64,000 nt of DNA from the NCBI GenBank assembly GCA_951406725.2, contig OX597819.1, positions 24,180,001 to 24,244,000 of the forward strand, read 5' to 3'. Below, piece after piece: positions 1-13,750 of this stretch. The notes beneath the pieces were generated by a model that saw only the letters and a list, made by a program, of their open reading frames with translations, made no database searches and was not told the origin of the DNA. This stretch comes from Octopus vulgaris. Taxonomy: Eukaryota. The translations under genes and the position numbers were made by a program. Every line of letters begins with the position of its first letter. The first letter of the stretch is position 1.

Positions 1-158
1 TAGAAAATACTTTATTTTTTTCATCGCTTCACATTCAAATTTGTATGTATTCATATCGAATCTTTTTACTTGAAGTATTAATGAGTATCTGCAACAAATA
101 AAGAAACAATTATATTTCGCAAAAGTATATATGTATAAAACATCGATTTCTAATTTCT

Positions 159-356
159 GGAACAAGGTCCGCAATTTCGGGGGAAGGGATAAGTCGATTA
201 CACCGACGCCAGTGCTAAACTGGCACTTTTTTCAACGACCCTGAAAGGATGTAAGGCAAAATCGATCTCTGCGGAATTTGAATTCAGAACGTAAAGACGG
301 ACGAAATGGTGTCAATTATTTTCCTCCGGCGTGCTAACGATTCTGCCAGTTCGCCG
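159..356 (-). mobile_element. tRNA-derived SINE, family A (central GCCTTTCATCCTTTCGGGGTCGAT domain, MetaSINE-like), diverged
   Basis: Reverse complement matches the copy at 4123-4357 (GGCGAGCTGGCAGAA...GAGTTCAAATT...GTCGACTTTGCCTTTCATC). Confidence 0.8.
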
Positions 357-379
357 ATCTATATATATATTTCAACATT

Positions 380-571
380 TGGCACAAGGATAGCAAATTC
401 AGAAGGCGAGTAAGTCGATCATGTCGACTCCAGTGTTCAAATGGGGCTTATTTTATTGACCCCGGAAGCATGGAAGGAAAAGTCACCCTCAACGGAATTT
501 GAACGCAGAACATGTGAAAAGGCCGCGAAGCATTTCGCTCAGGGTGGTAACAATCCTGCCAGCTTGCCGTC
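380..571 (-). mobile_element. SINE family A, second diverged copy
   Basis: Same blocks as 159-356 (aagtcgat, ccagtg, gacccc, aaagtc, ggaatttgaac, gccagct). Confidence 0.75.
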
Positions 572-932
572 TTAATTTACAAACGTAAAATGATAGAAAG
601 ATATCGTTATTAAAATTTCTCGTGAAAAAAATTATTTTGTCAAAAAATTAGCGCTCGATTTCAAATGGCATCGACTATACAAAATAAACTATTTCGTTGT
701 TTTAAGTTTCAATATACGTTTACTTTATGGACTTATATATTACGTTTGAAAAATATATATTCAGTATAATAATAAAGTGTTTTTTATAGAGTTTAAAACG
801 TGAATGTTTTAGAATTGAAATGTCAAACATGACCCATGGTATCTGAAACGGTGTAGTTACTTCAAATGTAAAAGTTTAATGATGACGACGTTCCAAATAT
901 ATGCTATACATACAAGCACTCACGCACGCACA

Positions 933-1001
<69 letters not shown>

Positions 1002-1250
1002 CGGAAGGATACACACATGCTTTAAATAGATATCGTTACTTTTCTTGTTTCTTATTATCTTCCTCATTCTATTTTGATAAAGGGTTCATACGAAACGTCA
1101 GGCTACTTCTTTCTCTTTTCCTGTTTTTCGGCGTACTGTACAAAATTTTTATTGTTTTGTTTTTATGAGTTTGTGTTAACATTTTGTCCATCACTTTTCG
1201 AATTTTTGTCCACATTTTCTAAAATCTCATGTTGTCCATCTGTCCATCTC

Positions 1251-1280
1251 TCATCATCATCGTCATCATCATCATCATCG

Positions 1281-1327
<47 letters not shown>

Positions 1328-1379
1328 GTCATCATCATCATCATCATCGTCATCATCATCATCGTCATCATCATCGTCG

Positions 1380-1441
<62 letters not shown>

Positions 1442-1451
1442 GTCGTCGTCG
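1251..1451. repeat. (CAT/CGT)n microsatellite, probably the expanded (GAT)n tail of the adjacent RTE fragment
   Basis: Trinucleotide run directly abutting the RTE 3' end on the minus strand. Confidence 0.9.
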
Positions 1452-2372
1452 TTTAACATCCGTTTTCGAAGCCGGCTTGGGCTGGACGGTTTGACTGAGC
1501 GCTGACCAGCCAGAAAGCTGCACCGGGCTCCAATCCGATCTGGCAAAAATTTCTACAGCTGCATGCCCTTCCTAACGCCAACAACTCCGTGAGTGTAGTG
1601 GTTGCTTTTACTTGCCACCGGCACGAGGGCCAGTAGGCGGTACTGGCAACGATCACGCTCGAATGGTGCTTTTTACGTGTTACCGACACAGGAGCCAGTC
1701 AGGCGGCACTGGCAACGAGCACGCTCGAATGGTGCTTTTTACGTGTTACCGGCACGGGAGCCAGTCAGGCGGCACTGGCAACAACCACGCTCGAATGGTG
1801 CTTTTTACGTGTTACCGGCACGGGACCAGTCAGGCGGTACTGTCATCGGCCACGACGACAACTTCACTTGTTTCAACAGGTCTTCGCAAGTGGATTTTAT
1901 TGCCCAATGTTTGAAGGTTACTCTGAAATGGGCTGGTTATGCTGCACCGGCACAGGCCACGGTTACGGTCTCACTTGGCTTGACGGATCTTCTCAAGCAC
2001 AGCATATCTCCAAAGGTCTCGGTCACTTGTCATCGCCTCGGTGAGGCTCAACGTTCGAAGATCGTGCTTCACCACCTCATCCTAGGTCTTACTGGGTCTG
2101 CCTCTTCCACAGGTTCCTTCTACTGCTAGGGTGTAACACTTTTCCACATAGCTGTCCCCATACGCAACACATGACCATACCAGCGCAGTCGTCTCTTTTG
2201 CACACCACACCTGATGTTTCTTAAGTTCAACTTTTCTCCCAGGACGCTTACAATGTGTCGTGTATGCACACTGACATTACACATCCAGAGGAGCATACTA
2301 GCTTCATTCCTTGCAAGCTTACGCGTGTCCTCAGCAGTCACGGCCCATGTTTCACTGCTATGTAACTTGGTT
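1452..2372 (-). mobile_element. RTE-clade LINE 3' fragment (RT C-terminus plus 3' UTR), 5'-truncated at a (TA)n run
   Basis: ORF 2126-2404 encodes LHSSETWAVT...MLLWMCNVS...RRLRWYGHVLRM, typical of an RTE RT C-terminus. Has a (GAT)n tail. Confidence 0.8.
1612..1850 (+). repeat. ~63-bp minisatellite (about 3.7 copies) in the RTE 3' UTR
   Basis: Repeated ccggcacgggagccagtcaggcggcactggcaac...cacgctcgaatggtgctttttacgtgtta. Confidence 0.85.
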
Positions 2373-2373
2373 G

Positions 2374-2404
<31 letters not shown>

Positions 2405-2466
2405 GCATATATATTTACGTATGTGCGTGAGTATAAATTATGAATCTCACTCTCCCTCTCTCTCTG

Positions 2467-2498
<32 letters not shown>

Positions 2499-2537
2499 AA
2501 GACAGACGGCGAGTGAGATAAATAGATAGATAGACTG

Positions 2538-2598
<61 letters not shown>

Positions 2599-2697
2599 CA
2601 TATATATATATATCCGGCTATTCCACGAGGCTGAGAAGACAGGCTCTGTCGGGGGCCTGCAAAATTTGAAGCAGCATGGAATCCGAATCAAATTATT

Positions 2698-2752
<55 letters not shown>

Positions 2753-2883
2753 AAAATAGTAAAGAGTGAAAAAACGACAGAAGGCTTAAATGTTAAAAAA
2801 TATATATATTTGCGTCAAAATGTCTGGAGAATATTGGAAAATTTTTTTCCCTCCTTAAAATGACATAATTTTATAATTTTTAA

Positions 2884-2920
2884 AGAAATACCGGTTTCGC
2901 AGTTAGCTCTTCAAATTTCT
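2884..2920 (-). ncRNA. degenerate minimal type I hammerhead-like motif
   Basis: Minus strand agaaat-TTGAAGA-GC taact GC-GAA-ACCGGT-A-tttct. Palindromic stem III, weak stems I and II. Confidence 0.4.
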
Positions 2921-3363
2921 TGTGACTTAATGTTTATTTTTAATAACGTAATCCTTGTATTTTTGCTACAGAGAGTTCTAAATAAGGGAAAGTAGTGAGT
3001 GATTTCTTCCGGTGTAAGGGAGATAATCGCTTAAAAAAATTTTTTTCCTTTAGTGTGAATTTCTCTGTATTATTGAGTTCGGATAGTTGAGTCTGGGTTT
3101 GTACTTTTCAATGAAGAATATTGAAATAAAAATATTGTGTACTTTAAAACACATTAAGAGGCTTTCATATAGGAAAGCCCTGTGCTAGAAAGAGCAGTAG
3201 CAAACTCAAACCATTAATTACGGATAAATTCTCGAAAGGAATGAAAATTAAAAACATTTACCATCTAATTTAGTTCCTAGACCATGGTTTCTGACTAATT
3301 TCAATAAAAAATATTTACTGAGACCAGTCTTCATCTTATTTTCCTAATATTATTTATTATGTT

Positions 3364-3433
<70 letters not shown>

Positions 3434-4122
3434 GGTATGTATGTATGTATAAGTGTTTTCATTAGAGTATTTCTCTTACTTAATATTGTGCGTTGTCTAT
3501 TAATTAGTCAACACTATATTTTTCATTTCTCCCTAACGCCACCATCACCACCGCCGCCCTTATATTCGTCGTATTAGTAGCAGCAACTGTAGTAGTAGTT
3601 GTACTTGCTTTTGTAGCTGGAGCAACTTAGCCACAGATCAGACCTGATGGAGAAGGAATATAATCAAAAACATTCCAGCTATCACCATATTGCTTTTTTT
3701 TTTCCTTCTTGTTTTACAGAGATGTAATATCTAAGACTAGGTTGCATAATGTGTTCTTTATTGTTTTTTTTTTAGTAAAGTTTAACTGCTAATTTTAACA
3801 GAATAAGCAACTGTCTAGAAGCTGTCTCATTGGCTCGTTGTGGCACGTGCTGTAGAGATATGCCTTTCGCAAGTTATCGCATATTCAGGATTAGACACCT
3901 GCTTAGGCTCCAAGGCGTCTGTATTTTTCCTGGTTGATGAAACGAGAGATAAAATGGACATTATAACTTTCGTACTATCAGACTTCTGCTAGAGACCTAA
4001 CTTAAAATATTTTAAGTGAGAATAGCGACACTCCGTGGCTTTGTGATGGGGATATTGGATTTCTGATTGTAAGTTTTTCCTACGCTGGTCCTAAACTCAA
4101 GTAAAATATTTTTATGTGGAAA

Positions 4123-4357
4123 GGGCGGCGAGCTGGCAGAAACGTTTGCACGCCGGGCGAAATGCGTAGCCGTATTTCGTCTGCCGTTACGTTCTGAGTT
4201 CAAATTCTGCCGCGGTCGACTTTGCCTTTCATCTTTTCGGGGTCGATTAAATAAGTACCAGTTACGCACTGGAGTCGATGTAATCGACTTAATCCCTTAA
4301 TCTGCTCTTGTTTTGCGACCTCTATGTTTGACCCCCTGTGGGCAATAAAAAATAAAT
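4123..4357 (+). mobile_element. SINE family A, near full length
   Basis: tRNA-like head with A box (GAGCTGGCAGAA) and B box (GAGTTCAAATT), conserved central domain, A-rich tail. Confidence 0.85.
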
Positions 4358-4544
4358 ATCCGTATGTGGGAATAGCGAATTCACATGACCTAGTAGATAA
4401 GATGTTTGGCTCATGATAGTGAGACGGTGGGTTCGATCCTTGGACTGAACGATGCGCTGTTTTCTTTAAGCAAAAACACTTCCTTTCAACGCTAATTTCA
4501 TCTACTCAGCTGTAGATGAAAACCAGTCGCTTGTTTGACGCAGA

Positions 4545-4990
4545 TTCCTCTCTATTTACTCCTCCCTTCTCTCCACCCATTCTTTCTCCCCCTCCCCGTC
4601 TTCCTCCTCTCTCCCTTCCCCTCCTTGCCCTCTCGATCTCCTCTTTCTCCTCCCGATCTCCTCTTTCTCCTCTCGATCCCCTCCTTCCCCTCACAATCTG
4701 CTCCTTTCTCTCTCGATACCATCTCCCCACTCCTTCTGTCCTCTCTCCTCTCCTCCTCTCCCCCGCTCCTCCTCTCTCACGCTGCTACCCTCCCCGCTCC
4801 TACCCTCCTCTCCCCAGCTCCTCCCCTTCTCCTCTCCCACACTCCTTTCCTTCTCTCCCCTCCCCCTCTCTTCTCCCCTTCTTCTCTTTCCTTTCTCCTC
4901 CTCCTCTCCTTCTTTGTTTCTCCATATCTATCTGCACCTCTCTCCTTCCAGCCTCCTCTCTCTATCCCTCACTCTACCTGGATGCCACTA
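4545..4990. repeat. CT-rich low-complexity tract
   Basis: Almost pure polypyrimidine on the + strand. Confidence 0.9.
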
Positions 4991-5214
4991 CCTGGATGCT
5001 ATGCTGAGTCGAGAACGAAAACGCTGATCGGGTGTCTACGTATACCTGTTCGCGACTACATTAGCACCAAAAGCAACAAGTGAAAGCATGGTACATACTA
5101 CCAAGCCATATTCGCTAGTTCCCTCGTTCGCTCGTTCACTCCCGAGTGAGTGACAGCTGGTTGTGCTGTACTAAGTGAGAATGGAAACAATAGAGTCAAT
5201 TAGACTAGACGGGT

Positions 5215-5519
5215 TGTTGTTTGTTCCTTCTCAGGCATGCCTGGCTCATAAGGGCCGGTTTCCCGGTTTCCTTGGAGTATAGATTCCCCACCTGGACGGG
5301 ACGCCGGTCCGTCGCAAGTGAGCTGCAAGATGCAGGAGGAGAGAGTGAAAGAAATTTGTGGCGAAAGAGTCAACAGAAGTTTTGCATTACCTTCTGCCGG
5401 AGCCGCGTGGAGCTTAGGTGTTTCGCTCATAAAAACACACATTGCGCGGTCTTAGATTCGAACCCGCGATCCCTCGACCGCCAGTCCGCTGCTCTAACAA
5501 CTAGGCCATGTTCCTCCAC
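5215..5519 (-). mobile_element. tRNA-derived SINE, family B
   Basis: Minus strand TGGAGGAACATGGCCTAGTTGTTAGAGCAGCGGAC...GGGTTCGAATC...AAACACCTAAGCTCCACG, homologous to 24861-25160. Confidence 0.75.
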
Positions 5520-5979
5520 AGACTGGCCGGCTGCTTAACTTGTGTTCAACAACGTTCTCAATATTGTGGCAGTCTAAATATTTATAGTATGTCTCTTATG
5601 CTGAACGGTTCTGCTTTTAGCTATGTTGCCTTTTTATATCCATGTCTAGCTATGTTCGTTTTTATGTTTTTTCTTTATATTTTGCTGATAAAAGCAGGCC
5701 TTCGTCTGCTTCCTTTTTTGCAATGCAGCATTTACAAAATAAACCCAATTAATTTATGTATGGCATATTTCAGTGCGCCATATATTTCGTATTTTGCTTT
5801 CTTCTAATTCTTTCTAAAGAGAGTAATTGCTTTCATATGTAAATATGTAAATATTTATCTTCTATGTGTGTGCGTCTGCGTATATGCATAGGTACATACA
5901 TACGCATACAACTATACATGCTTACATCCATAAATACATACATATATACATACGTGTATATATACATATACGCACATAA

Positions 5980-6026
<47 letters not shown>

Positions 6027-6098
6027 CATTCATATATATATGTATATATTTACATATATATTTATATAAATATATTTACATATATATTTATGTGATAT

Positions 6099-6129
<31 letters not shown>

Positions 6130-6168
6130 GAATATATGTAAATATATATATATAAATATAAATATATT

Positions 6169-6210
<42 letters not shown>

Positions 6211-6219
6211 CATATATAA

Positions 6220-6251
<32 letters not shown>

Positions 6252-7042
6252 ATATATATATATTTACACATATATATGCACACACACACTCACATATATA
6301 TATATACAGCTATATGTGTTATACATGTACATACAGTTTCATAAACTTACACTTACACACACACACACACGAACGCACACACACACACACACACACGCAC
6401 ACAGAGATTCAGTGTACAGTAACTCTGCGTTATGTGTTGTTTTCTAAATAGAAACGCGACTGGAACAAATGGAACAACCGATAATGTGCGTAATATATAC
6501 ACACTCACGAATGTATATATATATGTATGTATGCATGTATGTATGTATGTATGTATGTATTTATGTATGTATGTACGTATGTACGTATGTATATAATATA
6601 TGATATATATATATGTATAGAAATTAAATATAAAATATAAATTACAAAGTGGGACAAGAACGCAAAAACACACAAAGAGACGACACAAAAAAAACAGACG
6701 GGTCACTCGAAGCCTCTAATCTTCAGTCGGAACCGAATCATCTTAGCAATTTCGGCTAAGAATAAATGTAGATGAATAAACACTTTTAAGTTTTCGACTT
6801 CGTTAAGAAAGAGTCAAATATTAAATTCTATTTGCAATATATACTACACTATATCCGAATGATTTATCGATATTAATGACAGAACACCGCTCGATACCTT
6901 GAGATGGAACTAGGGTCTGTGTTTTGAGTTTAGTACTGTACAGATATTGAAATAAATTTGCCTATCAGTATCTAGGCCTTACAAACACATGATTTAGCTT
7001 GATTACAAATTTCATTAGCTCCCTCTCTCTATGTCTATATAT

Positions 7043-8501
<1,459 letters not shown>

Positions 8502-8509
8502 TATATGTA

Positions 8510-8540
<31 letters not shown>

Positions 8541-8548
8541 ATGTATAA

Positions 8549-9709
8549 GAGCAACAAAAAGAAGGAACACATGAGAAGAACCGAGCAACTTCAACATTAC
8601 AAATAAAGAACCAAGTCCTCCCCCAATGGAGAACACTACAGCGAAACAGAAAATTCGCTTTTTGGAAAATGATACAAAATGAGAATAAAGCAGAGATTTA
8701 CCAAAAATGGCTAGACTCAACACCCCTAGTCATACCCCGTAAATTACAAATCAAACCCATCTCGGAAGAACCAGAAGAACAAAGAAAACTTAGAGAAAAA
8801 ATGTCATTAGAAAAAATGAAGATGGAAATAGAACTACTTAAGCTGAGAGCTAAAACGAATGAAGAAAAAGTAAAAACCATAGACGAGGAAATCAACGAAG
8901 TCATTAAACTAATAGACGACAACAATACTGAAACATTACCAGCACTATGGAATGAAGAATGTGAAAAAGAGGAACTTAAGTCCCTCCAACGATGGGAAAA
9001 GAGCGCCATCTGGTTTCTAGATTATGAAACCAACTTCAAAAATGAACACATATCCAACAACCCCTTCATAAAATTAAGCAAATCAAAACCAAATACCAAC
9101 AGAACGGAACAACCACCAAAAAATCCTACCACACTCTACACCAGAAAAGTACACCTAAAACACACCCCACACTACCTACACCAACCCCAAAACACCTACA
9201 GAGGCCCACCACACCAGTTCGAAAATAGACATACCAACAGAGCAGAACAACCACCAAGAAATCCAAACACACTCTACACCAGAAAAATGCATTTAAAACG
9301 CACCCCACACTACCTACACCAACCCCAAAACACTTATAGGGTCCCACCACACCATTCCACGAACCTAAGAGCCACAACATACAATACTATAAAATACAAC
9401 CCACATAACCAAACCAAAACGCTACTACCAAACATCCACCCCAGGAACCAACCATACAACCATAACAAACAACAAATGCACTACGGAGGAAACAACTACC
9501 AACACAATATACCTGAGGAACTAAGACGGAACACTAGGTTCAACAACAGACTCCAGAACAGAGCACCACAAACTCACTCTGACAATTATAACAACATGAG
9601 ACAGATAAATAATAGCTTTGAACATAACTACACCAACCATTTTTTAGACCCCACACACAGGAACAGGGACACACGATGGCAAAGGACAAACAAAAGAAAC
9701 CTCAGGTAA
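8549..9709 (+). CDS. PLE-associated ORF1 (coiled-coil N-terminal half, low-complexity N/H/Q/P C-terminal half)
   Basis: 346-aa ORF from 8669. The frame stays open back to the microsatellite junction at 8549. Heptad-like stretch EQRKLREKMSLEKMKMEIELLKLRAKTNEEKVKTIDEEINEVI. Confidence 0.7.
   Translation, partial: EQQKEGTHEKNRATSTLQIKNQVLPQWRTLQRNRKFAFWKMIQNENKAEIYQKWLDSTPLVIPRKLQIKPISEEPEEQRKLREKMSLEKMKMEIELLKLRAKTNEEKVKTIDEEINEVIKLIDDNNTETLPALWNEECEKEELKSLQRWEKSAIWFLDYETNFKNEHISNNPFIKLSKSKPNTNRTEQPPKNPTTLYTRKVHLKHTPHYLHQPQNTYRGPPHQFENRHTNRAEQPPRNPNTLYTRKMHLKRTPHYLHQPQNTYRVPPHHSTNLRATTYNTIKYNPHNQTKTLLPNIHPRNQPYNHNKQQMHYGGNNYQHNIPEELRRNTRFNNRLQNRAPQTHSDNYNNMRQINNSFEHNYTNHFLDPTHRNRDTRWQRTNKRNLR
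9640..9646 (+). promoter_or_regulatory. candidate -1 ribosomal frameshift slippery heptamer T TTT TTA
   Basis: In ORF1 frame (caT TTT TTA). A -1 shift reads without a stop into the ATG at 9676. Confidence 0.55.
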
Positions 9710-11971
9710 TTAAGATAATCAATCTCTCAAACAAAGAACTTACACCTAACGAAATAAGCATACTCTCCAAAGGACTTAAATTTACACCAACCCCACAACG
9801 TTCTAATTACTATGAAATGAAAAATGATATTTCGGAATTTTGCAGAAAACTAAGACTCACCGAGGCATTTCAAGACAAACAAATAGACAAACTCAATAGC
9901 TAGAAACAAGAGCAATTACACCCCCACCAAAGGTAGGAATAAAGCCTTAGACCGCTATTGTGACTACATAACTAATTTCCCGTTTCAATTCATCAAGAAA
10001 CAAAAACACAGCCCTAACTTCAACAAAAGAGAATGGAACGACCTCATCAAACTAAGAGAAGACAAAACAATAACAATTAAGGAGGCAGATAAGGGCAACG
10101 CGATAGTAATAATGAATACAAACGATTATAAAAATTTAGTGCTATCCCTATTAAGAGATGAAACGTATTATGAAAGGGCCCAACAGTATAACCAGCAAAA
10201 AATAATGCATAACCTTAGGACATTAATCAACACATACCAAGAAGGACTCACGAACAAGGAGTATGAATACATCACTAACTTCAAATGCAAATCGAGTTTG
10301 TTCTATGGTATACCTAAGGTACACAAAAGCCAAACCATTAGAGAAACGTGCAAAACATCCACCGACACACTCATCAAAATCCCTTCACCAAATGATCTTA
10401 AACTAAGACCGATAATAGCAGGGCCAGCATGTGAAACTCACTGCCTCAGCAATTTCTTAGACACACTTCTTAAACCTTTCCTAAAACACATCAAAAGCTA
10501 CGTAAGAGACGATATAGATATGCTCAACCACCTCCCTAAAACAGTCAATGAGAAAACCCTTCTAGTATCATTCGACGTAGTTAATCTTTATTCTAACATC
10601 CCTCACAACCTAGGAATAGAAGCGATCACCTTCTGGCTGAATAACTACCCCTTTGAACTCCCAACTCGCATAAACAAAGACCTTATAATAGAAGGACTTA
10701 GATTCATTTTAGAGAACAATTATTTTATTTTTGACAATGATTTCTACAGGCAAAGATCGGGAACAGCGATGGGCACGCGTACTGCACCATCTTTTGCCAA
10801 CCTAGTGATGGGATACCTCGAGAAAATACTATACCGGATGACACTCGAGAAATATGGAAACACCTTCGCCACCTATATCCATAACAACTGGAAAAGATAC
10901 CTCGATGACTGTTTCATCATCTGGGACAAAGGTATAGAGAAACTTGAGGAATTTAAAATACTATTAAATGGAATAAATGACAATATACAATTCACGATGG
11001 ACCACAACGAAAAAGAATTACCATTTTTAGACATCCTCATTAAGAAAACCGGCAACAAAATAGAGACAGATATCTACTATAAACCGACAGACTCTAAACA
11101 GTACCTACCCTTTGATTCATGCCACCCACGACACACTAGAATGAATGTCCCTTTTTGTTTAGCTAGAAGGATTTGCACCATAATATCAGACACAAACACC
11201 CGACACACACGTCTCCAGGAACTTAGAACCACACTCACAAATAGAAACTATCCACAGCCCCTAATAGACAGTGCAATCCAACGGGTACTTAAATTAAGTA
11301 TAGAAGACCTGAGACAAACAAAACCAAAAAAGAAAGAACAATTAAAAACCCTTCCCTACATCTCTACACACAACCCACTCAACAATGAGGCCTTCAACAC
11401 CATACTACAAAGCACAGCCCTACTAAAGGGAGACCCAAAGATGAACCGGATCCTCGAAACACACACCATCATTAAAAGTAAACGGCAACCAAAATCCTTG
11501 AAAAGGATTTTAACCCAAGCTACACTGCACTCAACATCAACCACAAAACCAGCAGTTAGAAAATGTGGAAGGCCCAACTGCGGAATCTGTGTCATCTTGA
11601 AAGAAGGATCAGAATTTATACTGGAACAAGGCCACCAGTTCACCATTAGAACAAACTTCACCTGCGCATTAGAAAACTTAATTTACCTCATAACATGCGC
11701 AGGCTGCAATAGGCAGTATATAGGCCATACAAAAAATAGCTTACGTAACAGGATGGCGGTACATAAATCACAAATTAGAAACCCTGATTACCGCAAAATA
11801 CCGGTCAGCGGACACATAGATAGATGTGCTGGAAATGTAAATCCGAAATTTACAACTAACCCGCTCTATAAATTCAGTGACAACGCAACCTTCACACAAC
11901 GCCAAAATAAAGAACTATATTTCATAAAAAAATTTAGACCAAGTTTAAACACCCTGGGCCAGGAATACTAA
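9676..11971 (+). pseudogene. PLE reverse transcriptase plus GIY-YIG endonuclease, single +1 frameshift near 9887-9900
   Basis: IINLS..LT..E..ILSKGLKFTPTP, FYGIPKVHK, LRPII, SFDVVNLYSNI, GTAMG, RYLDD, LPFLD, YYKPT, CGRPNCGIC linker, LIYLITC..CNRQYIG. The second frame is open from 9887 (TNSIARNKSNYTPTKGRN). Confidence 0.95.
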
Positions 11972-12140
11972 AACAAAAGATAAGTCCTCCGAAAAGGAGA
12001 AGCAAAATTCCACCACGGCCGCTACTTCAAACAGACACTCACTCTGACGGAAATATGCCTTAGTAAAAAAGGAAAAAAATTCTTTCGTGCAAATCTGACC
12101 CTGGTACATACGATACAGCTAAGGGTCAGACCCGATTCTG

Positions 12141-12604
12141 ATTGGTCAACAAGTTGATGACGTCTAGCTCTGCTAGAATGGACAGGATACAAACAGGGGA
12201 CAGTCATTAGTCAGAATATTGATGACGTCCTTTTCTGCTTGACTAGTCACCTAACAAGTACAGACAGGGGGCAGATCTAATGTAGCTATAAGTCGTGATT
12301 GGGCAGAATCTGGATGACATCCCGTTCTGCTTGACTAACGAAGCGACTGGTCAAAACAGGAAACAAACAAGAGGCAGTTATAATGCAGCGATTGGTCAAA
12401 ATAATGATGACGTCCCGTTCTACCTGACTAACGAAGCGACTGGTCAAAACAGGAAACAAACAAGAGGCAGTTATAATGCAGCGATTGGTCAAAATAATGA
12501 TGACGTCCCGTTCCACTTGACTAAAGCCACCTAACGAAACGATTGGTCAAAACGTTGATGACGTCACGCTACGCTGGATTGACCACCTAACAGGCATTAT
12601 AAAA
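12141..12604 (+). promoter_or_regulatory. putative PLE pseudo-LTR Pol II promoter: six ATTGG-N12-TGACGTC modules and TATAAAA
   Basis: ATTGG (one ATTAG) at 12141, 12206, 12298, 12391, 12484 and 12542, each 12 nt before a CRE-like TGAC(G/A)TC. TATAAAA at 12598. Confidence 0.65.
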
Positions 12605-12942
12605 CCGAGCACTTCACAAAAACTCACTAGAACCACCCAGCGAACTTCCACCATGGGTCATCACAATTGCTTAAGGTAAAAATGAATTCCTCGCTCTTTC
12701 GGAAACATCAATCTTCTGTATTGACCGCTTTCCACCACTTTGATCTGTTTTTTGTATTGAATACGTATCGCCACCGTGGGCCACTGCATCGAACACTTTG
12801 AACATATACTTCAAACTATATATCAACTATACATGAACTATATATCAACTATACATGAACTCTAAGATGTCTGACTCCGTTGTGTATTATAAATGAATTT
12901 CTTGTGTTTGACGGCATGAGCTGTCTTTTTTTATATATAACT

Positions 12943-12985
12943 TTTTTTGATAAGGTTCATTTCAGGAACTGAAACATGTTATAAT
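12943..12985 (+). ncRNA. type I hammerhead ribozyme, U3-A8 variant, at the PLE 3' end
   Basis: tttt-TTGATAA-GGTTC atttcag GAACT-GAA-ACATGT-T-ataa. Confidence 0.6.
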
Positions 12986-13045
12986 GTATATATAAAAATA
13001 AAAAATTGTATAATACAGCAGCATTTTCGAACTTCATTTTTTACA

Positions 13046-13169
<124 letters not shown>

Positions 13170-13214
13170 TATATGTATATCTATATGTATGTATGTATGT
13201 ATGTATATATATAT

Positions 13215-13247
<33 letters not shown>

Positions 13248-13249
<2 letters not shown>

Positions 13250-13484
13250 GGAGTAAACACATAAATGTGAAACAAGGTGGAAAAAAGAGTACTCAAATAC
13301 CAGTGGTAGAGTAATATGCTTTATTTAAAGCACCAGAAAATTCAACAAAATCTGTTACTCTGAGTTTCTCGTTGCCGTTCATCAGACAGTTTTTGCTAGA
13401 ATGGCTAGCAAAAACTGTCTGATGAACGGCAACGAGAAACTCAGAGTAACAGATTTTGTTGAATTTTCTGCTTCTTTAAATAAA

Positions 13485-13487
<3 letters not shown>
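13248..13487. mobile_element. fold-back (palindromic) HHR-bearing PLE-type fragment in (TA)n
   Basis: Arms of ~80 bp around 13400-13404. Contains aaaactgt-CTGATGA-a CG gcaa CG a-GAA-ACTCaGAGT-A-acag. Sister copy at 58603-58822. Confidence 0.8.
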
Positions 13488-13544
<57 letters not shown>

Positions 13545-13549
<5 letters not shown>

Positions 13550-13750
13550 ATCCAAACATGAACAAAGAAAAAACACAACAACGCAAGAACGTGGAACAAG
13601 TATAGTGCTATTGGACGCGCAAGAAATGAAAGATAGAAAAAGGATGTAACGTTTCGAGCGGAGCCCTTCGTCAGAAACATAGAAAAAGGAAAGATCCAAG
13701 GAAGGGAAAACGGAGAAAGAAAATCGCCAACGATACACACGCAGTCATTT
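13545..13750 (-). mobile_element. ~205-bp HHR mini-element (family M)
   Basis: Reverse complement of the 41381, 43045 and 46276 copies. HHR at 13644-13678. Confidence 0.8.

Noticed and set aside
1074-1546. Poly-Ser, poly-Asp, poly-Met and poly-Ile ORFs
   Set aside because: They are frames of the (CAT)n repeat at the RTE tail.
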